64,000 bases of DNA, from IMG/VR virus record IMGVR_UViG_3300037086_000332; one strand, given 5' to 3'. The translations under genes and the position numbers were made by a program. The notes beneath the pieces are model-generated. The model made no database searches, was not told the origin of the DNA, and saw only the letters and a program-made list of their open reading frames with translations. The DNA comes from an uncultured virus (IMG/VR IMGVR_UViG_3300037086_000332). Taxonomy: Duplodnaviria; Heunggongvirae; Uroviricota; Caudoviricetes. Below, piece after piece: positions 29,294-38,706 of this stretch; the stretch's first letter is position 1; each line of letters starts with the position of its first letter.

Positions 29294-29580
29294 ATGATTT
29301 TCTCTGATTCGAAAATGGCTTTCACTACACCACCAAAATCATCCGATTCTTCAAATCGTTTCCAAATGCCAACAACAATGCTCTCTCCACTCCAAGTTTT
29401 TCTATCAACACTATCTTTGCTCAAAGTAAATCTCTTGATTTTAGGGTCATGCCAATAATTGAAGATTATAGCGTAGTTCAGTTCTTTTTTCAGGATTAAC
29501 ATCCAATTGACGGCTCCTGGACTCTGTCCTGCCTCTCTATCTTTCAAAAACATTCCTGCTTTCAGTTGTTCAAAGTTCAT
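29290..29580 (-). CDS. Small array-family protein
   Basis: FEQLKAGM...DFGGVVKAIFE. Confidence 0.7.
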   Translation of the reverse strand: MNFEQLKAGMFLKDREAGQSPGAVNWMLILKKELNYAIIFNYWHDPKIKRFTLSKDSVDRKTWSGESIVVGIWKRFEESDDFGGVVKAIFESEKII

Positions 29581-29903
29581 GACCAGTCATCCTCTGGTGT
29601 AAACATCTTTTTGATGAAAGGTCTTTTAATTGAGTTTGGCATGGCGGGAACTATCCACATGGCATAATCGGCCCACTGTCTCTTGCTCAAATATTCAAAA
29701 TCAAGACCGGTTCCAGAAGACCCAGCATACCCTTTTCCTCTCATCTTTGGCATCAATTGATAATAAGTTACAAGGAAAACCTCACTTGAAGTTTTTGTCA
29801 GGACCAAGGACCAGATATAGTTTCTATCATCTTCAGCTTTGAGAATCATTCCTGGCTTAATTTCTGACCAGGTTATCGCGCGCAATGGTTCTTCTAAATT
29901 CAT
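29577..29903 (-). CDS. Small array-family protein
   Basis: WSEIKPGM...KRPFIKKMF. Confidence 0.7.
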   Translation of the reverse strand: MNLEEPLRAITWSEIKPGMILKAEDDRNYIWSLVLTKTSSEVFLVTYYQLMPKMRGKGYAGSSGTGLDFEYLSKRQWADYAMWIVPAMPNSIKRPFIKKMFTPEDDWS

Positions 29904-30175
29904 TCCATTTTCTCCTGGAAAATGCCTCTTACAGCTGCCTCTTGTACTATTTTAGGAATTCTCTTTACGTTCTTATTCACAATATATTTATCTGGGTTGT
30001 ATCGCTCACTTCTATTCCAATCTACCCACCTAAACACGGGGGCTTGAGACGAACCAACACTCTCACTATATCTCATACAGGAAACATGTGGTATCATTCC
30101 AGAATCAGACACATAGAAAGTGTAGTACGTCAATATTGGATATGTTTTAGTTTTCTGCTCAACCTTCAAAATCAC
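29900..30175 (-). CDS. Small array-family protein
   Basis: QEAAVRGIFQ. Confidence 0.65.
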   Translation of the reverse strand: MILKVEQKTKTYPILTYYTFYVSDSGMIPHVSCMRYSESVGSSQAPVFRWVDWNRSERYNPDKYIVNKNVKRIPKIVQEAAVRGIFQEKME

Positions 30176-30633
30176 GATATACCTTCTCTATTCAGTATTT
30201 CATAAGACCACATTATTGGGTCTTCCTGAACTAGATTACCAGTGGTTTTAAAATAATCCATTTCAATTTCTTCAAAAAAGAAATGCACTATTCTGTGAGC
30301 ATGCTCTATAACTATTTTTTTAGCCTTCTTGCGTGCTATTTCAAGTCTTGTTTTATGATACATCATATGATGCGCTAAAACTCTCAAAACATCCTGGTAG
30401 TCTTCGAGAGTTCTCATAGTTCCAAAGTGATGAAGTCTATTTGGAGTAAAAGAACCTGGATTCTCTGTAAGAATGCCATTCTTTGAAATGGAATAGAAAA
30501 CAATGTCTCTATCAAAAGCAGCATCAAACTTCAAAGAACCAACTTTATACTCTCGAGGAGTAGTGGCGTCTTTGAAACCCATTTTTATGAGCTCTTTGTA
30601 TTCTTTAGTTTGTTTCACTTCTTCAGTATTCAT
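30172..30633 (-). CDS. Hypothetical protein (weak array-like C-terminal helix)
   Basis: Coupled ORF; AHRIVHFFFEE. Confidence 0.6.
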   Translation of the reverse strand: MNTEEVKQTKEYKELIKMGFKDATTPREYKVGSLKFDAAFDRDIVFYSISKNGILTENPGSFTPNRLHHFGTMRTLEDYQDVLRVLAHHMMYHKTRLEIARKKAKKIVIEHAHRIVHFFFEEIEMDYFKTTGNLVQEDPIMWSYEILNREGIS

Positions 30634-30905
30634 AGTTGTACCCAAGTAAAAATTGTTTTGATAATCATGTGTGTTTTTTTACCAAAAACCTTATCAGTCT
30701 TGAGAGAATAAACGTCTTTCTTCGATATAAGATACCCACTCAAATCTGCAGGATTTGCATAAGTAGAGGCCGCGGTCTCACCTTGAACGTACTCTTCATC
30801 ACCATATGTGACAAAACCCTTAAATATAAAAAGAGTCCATTCTAATTGTCTTCCTCTATCGGGTGTCCAATAGAGCCTGCCTATCTTTAGAGTCTTAGAG
30901 GTCAT
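30630..30905 (-). CDS. Small array-family protein
   Basis: LKIGRLYW...THMIIKTIF; AAGATAA 5 nt upstream. Confidence 0.7.
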   Translation of the reverse strand: MTSKTLKIGRLYWTPDRGRQLEWTLFIFKGFVTYGDEEYVQGETAASTYANPADLSGYLISKKDVYSLKTDKVFGKKTHMIIKTIFTWVQL

Positions 30906-30970
30906 TTAGGTTATCTTACAAAAGGCAAAGGCCTTTGCTCATTCCAGAGGCCATTTTAGGTGGGATGGAA

Positions 30971-31243
30971 TTATTCTACAACGGAGCCGTCGAAAATCAG
31001 CCAGATGACATCCTGCTCAGTGTCTCCAGGCATTTTTGGGTTATCTTCATAATCAATTCCATGACTAGCTTGTTTGACAATTTTGTCAAGGGCTTCTTCT
31101 CTACCATAATCAGAGATTTCGCTGAAGTTATCGTTTCGATACATCAAATAAAAGCCAGAGCCATTGACATAAAAGCAGTAGTATACCAACCAATTGCTGT
31201 GATTGCCTATTGTTATTCTTTGGAGAAAAAGGTCATTTCTCAT
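30971..31243 (-). CDS. Small array-family protein
   Basis: EQDVIWLIFD. Confidence 0.65.
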   Translation of the reverse strand: MRNDLFLQRITIGNHSNWLVYYCFYVNGSGFYLMYRNDNFSEISDYGREEALDKIVKQASHGIDYEDNPKMPGDTEQDVIWLIFDGSVVE

Positions 31244-31512
31244 GTTGGGTAAATATCCTCAAAAATAGCCTCCATCATCGCAAGCTTTACGTCTTCAACT
31301 GGTCTTAAACTAGCAACCCAATCATCATCTGAGCTTTTGTTAAGGGCCAATGGTTCTGCTCTATATGGTGTCTTAGATGCAAAGTTCCAAAGAACAGTAT
31401 AGACGTAATGCCCTGTGCCAGAGATTTTGAGAAATTTAATGAGCATAGTATATCTAGGAGAATAGTAATATTGACCGAGCACATAGGTTTTAGAGTTGCT
31501 CATCAAAGTCAT
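31240..31512 (-). CDS. Small array-family protein
   Basis: VLGQYYY...KLAMMEAIFE. Confidence 0.65.
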   Translation of the reverse strand: MTLMSNSKTYVLGQYYYSPRYTMLIKFLKISGTGHYVYTVLWNFASKTPYRAEPLALNKSSDDDWVASLRPVEDVKLAMMEAIFEDIYPT

Positions 31513-31765
31513 CCAATTGTGTAAATAGGGTCATGAAAATGTCTCTCATAATTTTCTCATTCAAAACCATTTTAAGAATGTTTTTTTGGTCATATACATC
31601 GAATTTTTCATCTGGTTTAGCCCTGAAAACCTGCTTGTCACCTCTCTTGGCAATAGTATATCTGAAAGCAAAACCATTAGAAAGAGAGACGTAGTAACCA
31701 ATTCCATCATAGGTGCTTCCGGGAGGACCATCAATCCATTTGTATCGGACTGCTTGAATCTGCAT
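31490..31765 (-). CDS. Small array-family protein
   Basis: MRDIFMTLF; start set by TGATG overlap. Confidence 0.65.
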   Translation of the reverse strand: MQIQAVRYKWIDGPPGSTYDGIGYYVSLSNGFAFRYTIAKRGDKQVFRAKPDEKFDVYDQKNILKMVLNEKIMRDIFMTLFTQLDDFDEQL

Positions 31766-32049
31766 CAACCTTTCCTCAAAAAGAGCTTGCTCCAAACAAA
31801 CTTTATAGCTTGCTCAAGCATTTGATAATCGGGCATGTTTTTCTTTTTGGTATAAACATCTGATAGGTAGGTATCCAATTCACTTTTGAAATATTCACGG
31901 TCTATGAGTTCTTGGCTATCTAATTCTGCTTCTCCAGCAATTATCCAATACTCCAATTTAATGACATCGTCACCACCCAAATCAAAGTAGCAGACGTAAA
32001 ACTTGTTGCCCATTCCCATATTTTTCTTTTGAAGAAAGTGGTGCATCAT
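31765..32049 (-). CDS. Small array-family protein
   Basis: LEQAIKFVW. Confidence 0.65.
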   Translation of the reverse strand: MMHHFLQKKNMGMGNKFYVCYFDLGGDDVIKLEYWIIAGEAELDSQELIDREYFKSELDTYLSDVYTKKKNMPDYQMLEQAIKFVWSKLFLRKG

Positions 32050-32306
32050 CTGTTGTAATGGTCTCCTTCAAAAACATGAAGAAGGCACCATCTGGTGGCC
32101 CACTCTGGTACTTCATCTAGTGAAACGCTTGGTTTTTTATCATCCATATCATAATCTAATGTATATGAAGTGGCTATTTTACTAGTGATGTTATTCTTAT
32201 TGACGTAAAAAATATCTTCCATTCCACCTAGTTGAAACAGATAGGAGATACCTGGGTCTTTGTTTTTACTGAGACTACTGCGAGTTTCAAAACTCTGGAT
32301 TCTCAT
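32046..32306 (-). CDS. Small array-family protein
   Basis: TRWCLLHVFE. Confidence 0.65.
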   Translation of the reverse strand: MRIQSFETRSSLSKNKDPGISYLFQLGGMEDIFYVNKNNITSKIATSYTLDYDMDDKKPSVSLDEVPEWATRWCLLHVFEGDHYNR

Positions 32307-32536
32307 TCAAAAATTCCCTTCATTACCAATAATTTAGCAGCGTGTGCAGGCACGAGTTGTTCTGACCAATCCGATGGTACATCTGAAGATGTTGTAAAAG
32401 CTGTATCTCCATAATAACGACGTCTCCATATTGTTGTAGCGTCTATACCACCATATGAGTATACTTTCCATATTTTTATAACTTCTATGCCTTCTGGGCT
32501 ATAATAGAGCTGCCCTACTTCAAACTTCATGTTCAA
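32303..32536 (-). CDS. Small array-family protein
   Basis: FEVGQLYY...KLLVMKGIFE. Confidence 0.7.
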   Translation of the reverse strand: MNMKFEVGQLYYSPEGIEVIKIWKVYSYGGIDATTIWRRRYYGDTAFTTSSDVPSDWSEQLVPAHAAKLLVMKGIFE

Positions 32537-32780
32537 AAATCCTCTTCATAATTGGCAGTCTAAAATGTGGATATGCTAACATACTGTTACAATAATTGGA
32601 CTCTGTGTAGAGAATTCTTTTTTTAGTTCTAAACTTTTCATCGGTCGTCCAAAGAGTTTCTATTTTTATCATCGGTCGATTATTTTTTTCTCCCATTTCT
32701 AAAACTCTTATGAGTTCAATAGCGAGTGGATGGTAATACATCTCTCCTATGTCAAATTTATCATTCCAATCTTTGGCCAT
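32520..32780 (-). CDS. Small array-family protein
   Basis: FDIGEMYY...RLPIMKRIFE. Confidence 0.7.
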   Translation of the reverse strand: MAKDWNDKFDIGEMYYHPLAIELIRVLEMGEKNNRPMIKIETLWTTDEKFRTKKRILYTESNYCNSMLAYPHFRLPIMKRIFEHEV

Positions 32781-33718
32781 TAGGTCAATCTCACTGAATC
32801 AGATTTAGCACTCTGAGCACTATTATATGGAGAAACTGGAGGACTGGATGGACCCGACGGCGTGCCGTGTGTATGGAAATTAAATGCATTGTTTACAAAA
32901 TCCCTGAACCCTTCATATAGTGCCGCGGCCTTTGAATCTCCATTCAGTTTTATCTTTGCGGATGTATTAACTAGGACGTCTCCGCCCTTTTTGATTGTGA
33001 TGGTAGTGTCTCCTGCTGAAAGTTCAATGCTGTCTTTGGTGATTGTTGATTTCATTTCTCCAGCATCAGTATCAAATGTCATTATCACCTTATCTTTGTC
33101 GAGAGTAAAAGAATTTGATTTTGAGTTGTCTGGAAATTTGAAGTTGATTTTGATGCTGTCATCTGTCAAAGATAGAGTGTTGTAGGCCATATCTTTGTAA
33201 TCATAGGCTTTTGCCTTATACTCATACTTGTCACCTTGATTAACTTTTGCTAGAGTGAATTCCTTTTCATTCATTTTAAGAATGTTTTCAACCTTGTTGT
33301 CTTTAGAAGTGAGCTCTTCACCATCAGCCTTATAGGCTTTAGTATATTGAGTCTTGATGATGAAATCTGTGGGTGCCATTTCAGGAGCACTTTCTTGAGT
33401 CTCTACTGCAATGCCCGGTGTTTCAGAATCACTCTTCATAATCTTATCACCAAATGTTTTCACAGACGGTATGACAGAACCAACCCAAACTCCATATCTT
33501 GAGTCTTCACGTTCGAATAGTACATATCCAATAGAACCAACTGGAGGAATGGCAATCATTCCCATGTTTGGAAGACCACCAAAAGGAGTCATAATTTCAC
33601 AGTCTTCCCATCCCTGAGGATTCAATCCCAAAACTCTGACTTGAATTGTACCAGTATCACCAAATTCTTTCGTATCTATTACTTGGGCCCTATGCATTCC
33701 TGGGATTCTACCTGCCAT
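32780..33718 (-). CDS. Baseplate central spike protein, gp5/gpV/VgrG-like
   Basis: N-terminal OB-fold pattern (HRAQVID...GTIQVRV...PPVGSIGYVLFE...VWVG), beta-strand repeats, C-terminal HTH-G-T-P-S-G-P-S-S-P-P motif like the metal-binding HxH tip of P2 gpV/phi92 gp138 spikes. Confidence 0.8.
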   Translation of the reverse strand: MAGRIPGMHRAQVIDTKEFGDTGTIQVRVLGLNPQGWEDCEIMTPFGGLPNMGMIAIPPVGSIGYVLFEREDSRYGVWVGSVIPSVKTFGDKIMKSDSETPGIAVETQESAPEMAPTDFIIKTQYTKAYKADGEELTSKDNKVENILKMNEKEFTLAKVNQGDKYEYKAKAYDYKDMAYNTLSLTDDSIKINFKFPDNSKSNSFTLDKDKVIMTFDTDAGEMKSTITKDSIELSAGDTTITIKKGGDVLVNTSAKIKLNGDSKAAALYEGFRDFVNNAFNFHTHGTPSGPSSPPVSPYNSAQSAKSDSVRLT

Positions 33719-33720
33719 TT

Positions 33721-34017
33721 TTACCTCCGGTCTCTAAATAGTCGAGAATCAAATATTTTGTCTATTATTGAATGACGCATGTGGGCTGATGTTTGTACCA
33801 CAATTGAGGATGAAAGAGGCACTCCGTTCTGTCTCTGAGGATTTCTGTTCCAATCACTCTCGTCGATGGCCGTGTTATCAATATAGAAATCTCCCTTTTT
33901 ATCTTCTTCAAACTCTACTAGCTCAAAATCACCCTTTCCAAAGCCATTGCCTACTATGCTGATTGTTTTTGGACTCCAAGCTAAAACTAGTCCCGGATAT
34001 AGTTCACCATACTTCAT
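33721..34017 (-). CDS. Small array-family protein
   Basis: YGELYPGL...RHSIIDKIFD. Confidence 0.7.
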   Translation of the reverse strand: MKYGELYPGLVLAWSPKTISIVGNGFGKGDFELVEFEEDKKGDFYIDNTAIDESDWNRNPQRQNGVPLSSSIVVQTSAHMRHSIIDKIFDSRLFRDRR

Positions 34018-34289
34018 ACTCTCTCCGCAATCCAGATATATTTTACCGCTTCTCTCATTTGTTCTGGTTTGATTCTTTGGTCCTTGAACTTAGAAAGGCC
34101 CCAGATATTGCATTGGCCTCTTACACAACTTGCAATCTCTTTTATGTTTCCTATTGCACTCTCATTAGATTTTCCTGAAGCAGTCAGGAGCACAAAATAA
34201 GCCAATTTGTCTTCAAAACGAAATTCAAAGAGGTCTACATTCTGATTTGACATATTTGGCGGCCTTCTGGCCAATCTTCTCATTGACAT
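34014..34289 (-). CDS. Small array-family protein
   Basis: MREAVKYIW; AAGATAA 6 nt upstream. Confidence 0.6.
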   Translation of the reverse strand: MSMRRLARRPPNMSNQNVDLFEFRFEDKLAYFVLLTASGKSNESAIGNIKEIASCVRGQCNIWGLSKFKDQRIKPEQMREAVKYIWIAERV

Positions 34290-34386
34290 ATTAGCTTATC
34301 TTGCATAATTCTGAAGAGAAGGCATAAAAGCCCAGAGAGTCATGGCGGCATTTTAGAGCAGATGTGAGATGGAGTAGAATAAGGAT

Positions 34387-34764
34387 ATGGAAATGGCAAT
34401 CGGTCTGTATGCACAGACGTTCTTGAAACTCGGCCTGTGGTTTGGATACCTGCTCTATCAGCTGGACAGGCTGAATGAAAAGGTCTTTGACCTCATGAGC
34501 AATCGAGGTTGGTACAATCTTGCGATGTTCATCAGAGACCGTGGAACCAAGACTGACCACATCCTCCAAATAGCAGGTGGAAATGCCTCAGCCCTCACTG
34601 ATGAGTATTGCGAGAGGTATGACCTCATCAAGAGGTATGTGACTGTAGATGGAAGCGACCATTCGAATGAGTGGTATGGTGTGTATGAATGCTTCTACGG
34701 CCTTCAACTCTACAAACTCATCTTCTGTGACTACGGCCGTCGATTCATGAAGTGGTTTTTCTAG
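34387..34764 (+). CDS. Hypothetical protein
   Basis: 125-aa ORF filling an otherwise empty gap; AAGGA before the ATG. Confidence 0.55.
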   Translation: MEMAIGLYAQTFLKLGLWFGYLLYQLDRLNEKVFDLMSNRGWYNLAMFIRDRGTKTDHILQIAGGNASALTDEYCERYDLIKRYVTVDGSDHSNEWYGVYECFYGLQLYKLIFCDYGRRFMKWFF

Positions 34765-35129
34765 CTGACTAGAGTATCACCAGCAATTTCCTTCTTCCTG
34801 GTAGCTAGTTCATGACTCTTCTTGGCCATCTCTAGCTCAGCTTCTTTTTGTTTAACCACAAGGACATTGACAACCTTCAGAAGAGTTTCGTCCGAATCCA
34901 TGTATTTTTCAGCCTTTTGAAGGCGAGTTTTCAAATCCTGAATACCTTTGAAATCATGAACATTTCCAAGCCACTTCTCAGCCCAAGCATTTGCTGCATT
35001 CTGACTCTTTGCCTTCAAAATCTCAGTATATTTCTCTCTGAATCCGCCTGGTCCAGCCCAATCTTTAACGATGTCTGCAACGTATCTTTCGTTTAAAACT
35101 GTTGCATCAATCACATTGTTGAAATCCAT
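34761..35129 (-). CDS. Hypothetical helical protein
   Basis: 122 aa; AGGAG RBS. Confidence 0.65.
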   Translation of the reverse strand: MDFNNVIDATVLNERYVADIVKDWAGPGGFREKYTEILKAKSQNAANAWAEKWLGNVHDFKGIQDLKTRLQKAEKYMDSDETLLKVVNVLVVKQKEAELEMAKKSHELATRKKEIAGDTLVS

Positions 35130-35146
35130 GGTTATCTCCTACTGTC

Positions 35147-35431
35147 TTAGAAGTCTGAGTTTTCAAAAGCAGCTTCTATCATTTTTCTTTTTATTATCTT
35201 TGTATCCCGCTTGTCCATGATTGTCCAATTTTCAGCCTCTTGTTCATCCCACGAATTTGCTGAATGAGCAAAAGCAATAAGTTGAAAACCCTTTGTGTCT
35301 TTTTCTTGTGAGAGTGTCAGCATGGCCACTCCCATCACATCAACCTTTTTGAGAATAAGAGACCACCATGTTCTTTGACTAGGAGAATCAATAATAAACA
35401 TTCCAGGTTTCAGCTCTTTGAACTTTACCAT
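35147..35431 (-). CDS. Small array-family protein
   Basis: FKELKPGM...KRKMIEAAFE. Confidence 0.7.
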   Translation of the reverse strand: MVKFKELKPGMFIIDSPSQRTWWSLILKKVDVMGVAMLTLSQEKDTKGFQLIAFAHSANSWDEQEAENWTIMDKRDTKIIKRKMIEAAFENSDF

Positions 35432-35742
35432 ATGGCCTCATCACTAAATATCCAGACGATATACGCCCTTTGCAATTTTCTGTCCTTCTTCGAAGGAGTT
35501 CCACCAAAAAGCCGCTTAGTTGTTTGCCAAGATGATGTTTCTTGTGGCCACTCTTTTATTGTCATCAACTTTGTTTTGGGCTGTGGGTCAAGATAGTCAC
35601 TCCAAATTTCCATCTTTACGTCCCAACCATCTGTGACTACTGGATGGTGCTGCACAATGATACCTACGTAGCCTTCTGAGTCAGCAGAGGCACCAATAAC
35701 CCAGCTACCAATTCCAAGTTCTTTAGACACGGACACTCCCAT
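35425..35742 (-). CDS. Small array-family protein
   Basis: LGIGSW...QRAYIVWIF. Confidence 0.65.
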   Translation of the reverse strand: MGVSVSKELGIGSWVIGASADSEGYVGIIVQHHPVVTDGWDVKMEIWSDYLDPQPKTKLMTIKEWPQETSSWQTTKRLFGGTPSKKDRKLQRAYIVWIFSDEAIW

Positions 35743-36004
35743 TACAGACCAACATAATTATTTGGTGTCTTGCTTCTCTGATTCTAATTCCAGGACTCTT
35801 ACTATGAAAAATTTGTTGATTTCTCTTATAGTAGGGGTTTGATGTTGGAAACTCTCTCAATTCTCCACTATCATGAGGCCAATAACTTTGGACAACTATT
35901 TTTGAATAGCCAATAGTTTCTGTTTCTTTGACTTCGTCAACTAGCCCCATGTCAAAAACCTTTAGCTCATGGTCAGCGAAGGCGAATATATCTCCTTCTT
36001 TCAT
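35723..36004 (-). CDS. Small array-family protein
   Basis: MKEGDIF...RHQIIMLVC. Confidence 0.6.
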   Translation of the reverse strand: MKEGDIFAFADHELKVFDMGLVDEVKETETIGYSKIVVQSYWPHDSGELREFPTSNPYYKRNQQIFHSKSPGIRIREARHQIIMLVCNGSVRV

Positions 36005-36324
36005 ACATCGTCTTCCATATCACCAGTATCAAGCTTGGTTTTGGGATTGAATAACTTCTTTAAGGTATCATGCTTGAATGGCCAATCACTCATTATTTTC
36101 TCTCGATTGATGTCAGGATACGATTGACGTACGTCATCTTGGTCTTCCCATTGTGCTCTTGTTATCTTTTGTGAAGGATTAAACCAAAAATCATGTTCAT
36201 CAATCGACATGCCAACAACTATCACGTACTTATCAGTTTTTTGTAGTATACGGTCTCCACTATAGCGATTTCCACCATGTAGACAGACAACCAGCATTCT
36301 AGGCTTCAAGTCTCTAAACTCCAT
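36001..36324 (-). CDS. Small array-family protein
   Basis: FRDLKPRM...KHDTLKKLF. Confidence 0.65.
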   Translation of the reverse strand: MEFRDLKPRMLVVCLHGGNRYSGDRILQKTDKYVIVVGMSIDEHDFWFNPSQKITRAQWEDQDDVRQSYPDINREKIMSDWPFKHDTLKKLFNPKTKLDTGDMEDDV

Positions 36325-36408
36325 GTTTCATACCTCTCCTATTGGCACCGTATTTGAAAATTTTTCATACATTTATCTTTGTGAGGAACTAGATTTTGGA
36401 TGAGAAAA

Positions 36409-36801
36409 CTATTGTTTGACGCTAGGTTTTAGATTAGACTTAATGTCCTCTGAGGTCTTTTTCATGACGACTAATGTTGGAATCATTCCCTGGTCATTTT
36501 CAGTCCATCCTAGAAGGCCAATATGGGAATCATCCTGTACATAGTACAGCCAAGTTTGTCCATTAAGAGTAATCGTATTAGTATCGAAGGTGTAGTTTCC
36601 AAGAGTTGAATAAATAGCGAGACCGTCTGTATATAAGATTTGAGTGATTTCTGTATCACTGATGATAAAACTCATCGCGGCGTTGTTGGCTCCTCGAACA
36701 AGAGCGTCCCACTTGCCAGAAAATGGATTTGCGAAGGGGGCAGCAAAACAAACAACGGCTCCCAGTAGAACTAAAAACATAACAATCAATGAGCGTTTCA
36801 T
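36409..36801 (-). CDS. Exported beta-rich (lipocalin-like) protein
   Basis: Signal peptide ending CFA, then PFSGKW motif; AGGAG RBS. Confidence 0.65.
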   Translation of the reverse strand: MKRSLIVMFLVLLGAVVCFAAPFANPFSGKWDALVRGANNAAMSFIISDTEITQILYTDGLAIYSTLGNYTFDTNTITLNGQTWLYYVQDDSHIGLLGWTENDQGMIPTLVVMKKTSEDIKSNLKPSVKQ

Positions 36802-36882
36802 ATCACATACTCCTGTACGGACTTCCCATCAAGGGAAGATTTTCGGTATCTCCTTATCAATATTTCTTCAAGGTTTCTCTAT

Positions 36883-36906
36883 AAAAACGCCTCAGCATAC
36901 TGAGGC
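36883..36906 (-). terminator. Intrinsic terminator
   Basis: Minus strand GCCTCAG-TATG-CTGAGGC followed by GTTTTT. Confidence 0.65.
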
Positions 36907-36969
36907 TCTTGGGGCTTGAGATGCCGGTCCCTATATTTTTATCTTATAACGTGGCAAGAAAAATTGAGA

Positions 36970-37365
36970 TTACTCGTAAAAGGTGTTATCAATGCTGCTC
37001 GAATCACCAGCAGCCTTTTGCATGTTTTTATCGATTAGTTGATGCATTTTGTCGTAATCATCATGCATGAAAATTACTGATATAAACCATCTGACTCTCT
37101 TAATCGCTTCTTCCGGCATGGAATGAACTCGTTTTATGGTATGACGAAACTTTGGCTTGACAATATTTTCAACTTTTTTAGTGGTACAAAACTGAACGTG
37201 CCACCAGTCTTTTTCTCGATTGAGCCAAACATGAATGGCTGGATGACTGTAATATGGAGCAAAGATTTCCTTGATGTTGGCTATGTAGTAGTCGTGAATC
37301 CATTCGCTCTCTGTAAGAGTTTCATTAGCTCCTGCGCTATCAAAATACTCGTAGATTTCAATCAT
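36970..37365 (-). CDS. Array-family-like protein
   Basis: VRWFISVIF near the C-terminus. Confidence 0.6.
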   Translation of the reverse strand: MIEIYEYFDSAGANETLTESEWIHDYYIANIKEIFAPYYSHPAIHVWLNREKDWWHVQFCTTKKVENIVKPKFRHTIKRVHSMPEEAIKRVRWFISVIFMHDDYDKMHQLIDKNMQKAAGDSSSIDNTFYE

Positions 37366-37436
37366 TTCTTTTTATCATCCAAAAATAAGAGTAAGAGAAA
37401 CAGAATCACTATAAACCAAATCAATCCCAAATTCAT
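37362..37436 (-). CDS. 24-aa single-TM microprotein MNLGLIWFIVILFLLLLFLDDKKK
   Basis: ATGA overlaps at both ends; one hydrophobic helix plus a charged tail. Confidence 0.55.
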   Translation of the reverse strand: MNLGLIWFIVILFLLLLFLDDKKK

Positions 37437-37732
37437 TTGAATGAATATGTGGAGATGCTGAAAAACACGTCCTTTATCATCGAACGCATTTCTATTTCAT
37501 CTTCTTCATATATGTCGATTTTGCCTGGTGTCTCATCCATAATCATTGTGCTCCAACTATCTCCAGGTGAAGGCCAATCTTCAATGTTTGACTTATACCA
37601 TCCAACAACTATCGCACCTTCTTTGCCATTAAAAAATCCTATTGGAAAAATAAAGCCCTTGTCAGGGTCTTGATACCAGTGATAGAAGAAATCACTGATT
37701 TTTGATGCTTTTATCTGACCAATCTTTCTCAT
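37433..37732 (-). CDS. Small array-family protein
   Basis: EMRSMIKDVF. Confidence 0.65.
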   Translation of the reverse strand: MRKIGQIKASKISDFFYHWYQDPDKGFIFPIGFFNGKEGAIVVGWYKSNIEDWPSPGDSWSTMIMDETPGKIDIYEEDEIEMRSMIKDVFFSISTYSFK

Positions 37733-37965
37733 GTCATCTTCTCAAAGATGAATTGAATAGTTTCTCGATGTCCTGGCAAATCGTGCTCAAGAATTGCTGT
37801 CTTGGCACCAATATCCCATTGACCAGAGGTATACCTGCCAGAAGTGTATAAAATATCAAGAATTTCGACCTCATACATGTCTGGAATTTTCCTTATTGAA
37901 ACGCGAGCTATAATGGAGCCTTTGTCCATGTTGTGGTTGTATTCAACCCAATAACCTATTTTCAT
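37729..37965 (-). CDS. Small array-family protein
   Basis: MKIGYW...HRETIQFIFE; AAGATAA 7 nt upstream supports this start. Confidence 0.7.
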   Translation of the reverse strand: MKIGYWVEYNHNMDKGSIIARVSIRKIPDMYEVEILDILYTSGRYTSGQWDIGAKTAILEHDLPGHRETIQFIFEKMT

Positions 37966-38005
37966 CTTTATGTTATCTTTAGACAAAATGATACTCGACT
38001 TCTTT

Positions 38006-38281
38006 CTAGACAACTGAGGGGTCAAGCTCAAAAAATCCTTTTACAATCAGTCTATCCTCTTCAGAAGAAGAAAGGTATGGTTTCTCATCCATTTTTTCGT
38101 CAACTTTCATAAAGAAGCAAGTCCTCTTAGCTACATTTTCCTTGGTCAAAAATATAACATCAAATTTAGTGTTGCTCGTTCCAAGCCTTGCCGGCTCAGA
38201 TTCAAATAATACAAATCTGACATCAGTAGATGAAATGAGCCACTCACCAATATATTGACTTAGAGGTTCCTTGAGAATCAT
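38006..38281 (-). CDS. Small array-family protein (EPxxQYhG subgroup)
   Basis: EPLSQYIGEW...DRLIVKGFFE. Confidence 0.7.
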   Translation of the reverse strand: MILKEPLSQYIGEWLISSTDVRFVLFESEPARLGTSNTKFDVIFLTKENVAKRTCFFMKVDEKMDEKPYLSSSEEDRLIVKGFFELDPSVV

Positions 38282-38706
38282 TCTTTCTTTTTCTTCCAAG
38301 TAAAAATCCATCTTACTAGAAGCCTTCTTTCCACTTCTATATCAACTGTTTTGTCGGCAACTGCCAAATCATTTGAATCTTGACCCTTCAAAAATCTGCT
38401 TACAATTGGTTGTGTTCCATGGAATAGACACCAAGAATAGCGAGCAACATCAGAATTGCTGGTGCACGAATCGGACCCTCCTCCGTAGCCACCTCTGCCA
38501 TGAACAACATTGTATGAATAGAATTTAGCGTACTTCTCTTCTGGAGTCGAATATGCCGGCTGTTCTCTCATTTCTGACTTACCAGACAGCACCCCTATAA
38601 ATCCATCCCACTTATCAAAATAGGCCATGAGAGTTCCATTCTTTATTGGAACACGCTCGGAGGCTTCTGGAAACTTGTCTTTCTTTTCTCTTTTCCAATC
38701 TTCCAT
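38278..38706 (-). CDS. Array-family-like protein
   Basis: RRLLVRWIF. Confidence 0.6.
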   Translation of the reverse strand: MEDWKREKKDKFPEASERVPIKNGTLMAYFDKWDGFIGVLSGKSEMREQPAYSTPEEKYAKFYSYNVVHGRGGYGGGSDSCTSNSDVARYSWCLFHGTQPIVSRFLKGQDSNDLAVADKTVDIEVERRLLVRWIFTWKKKKE

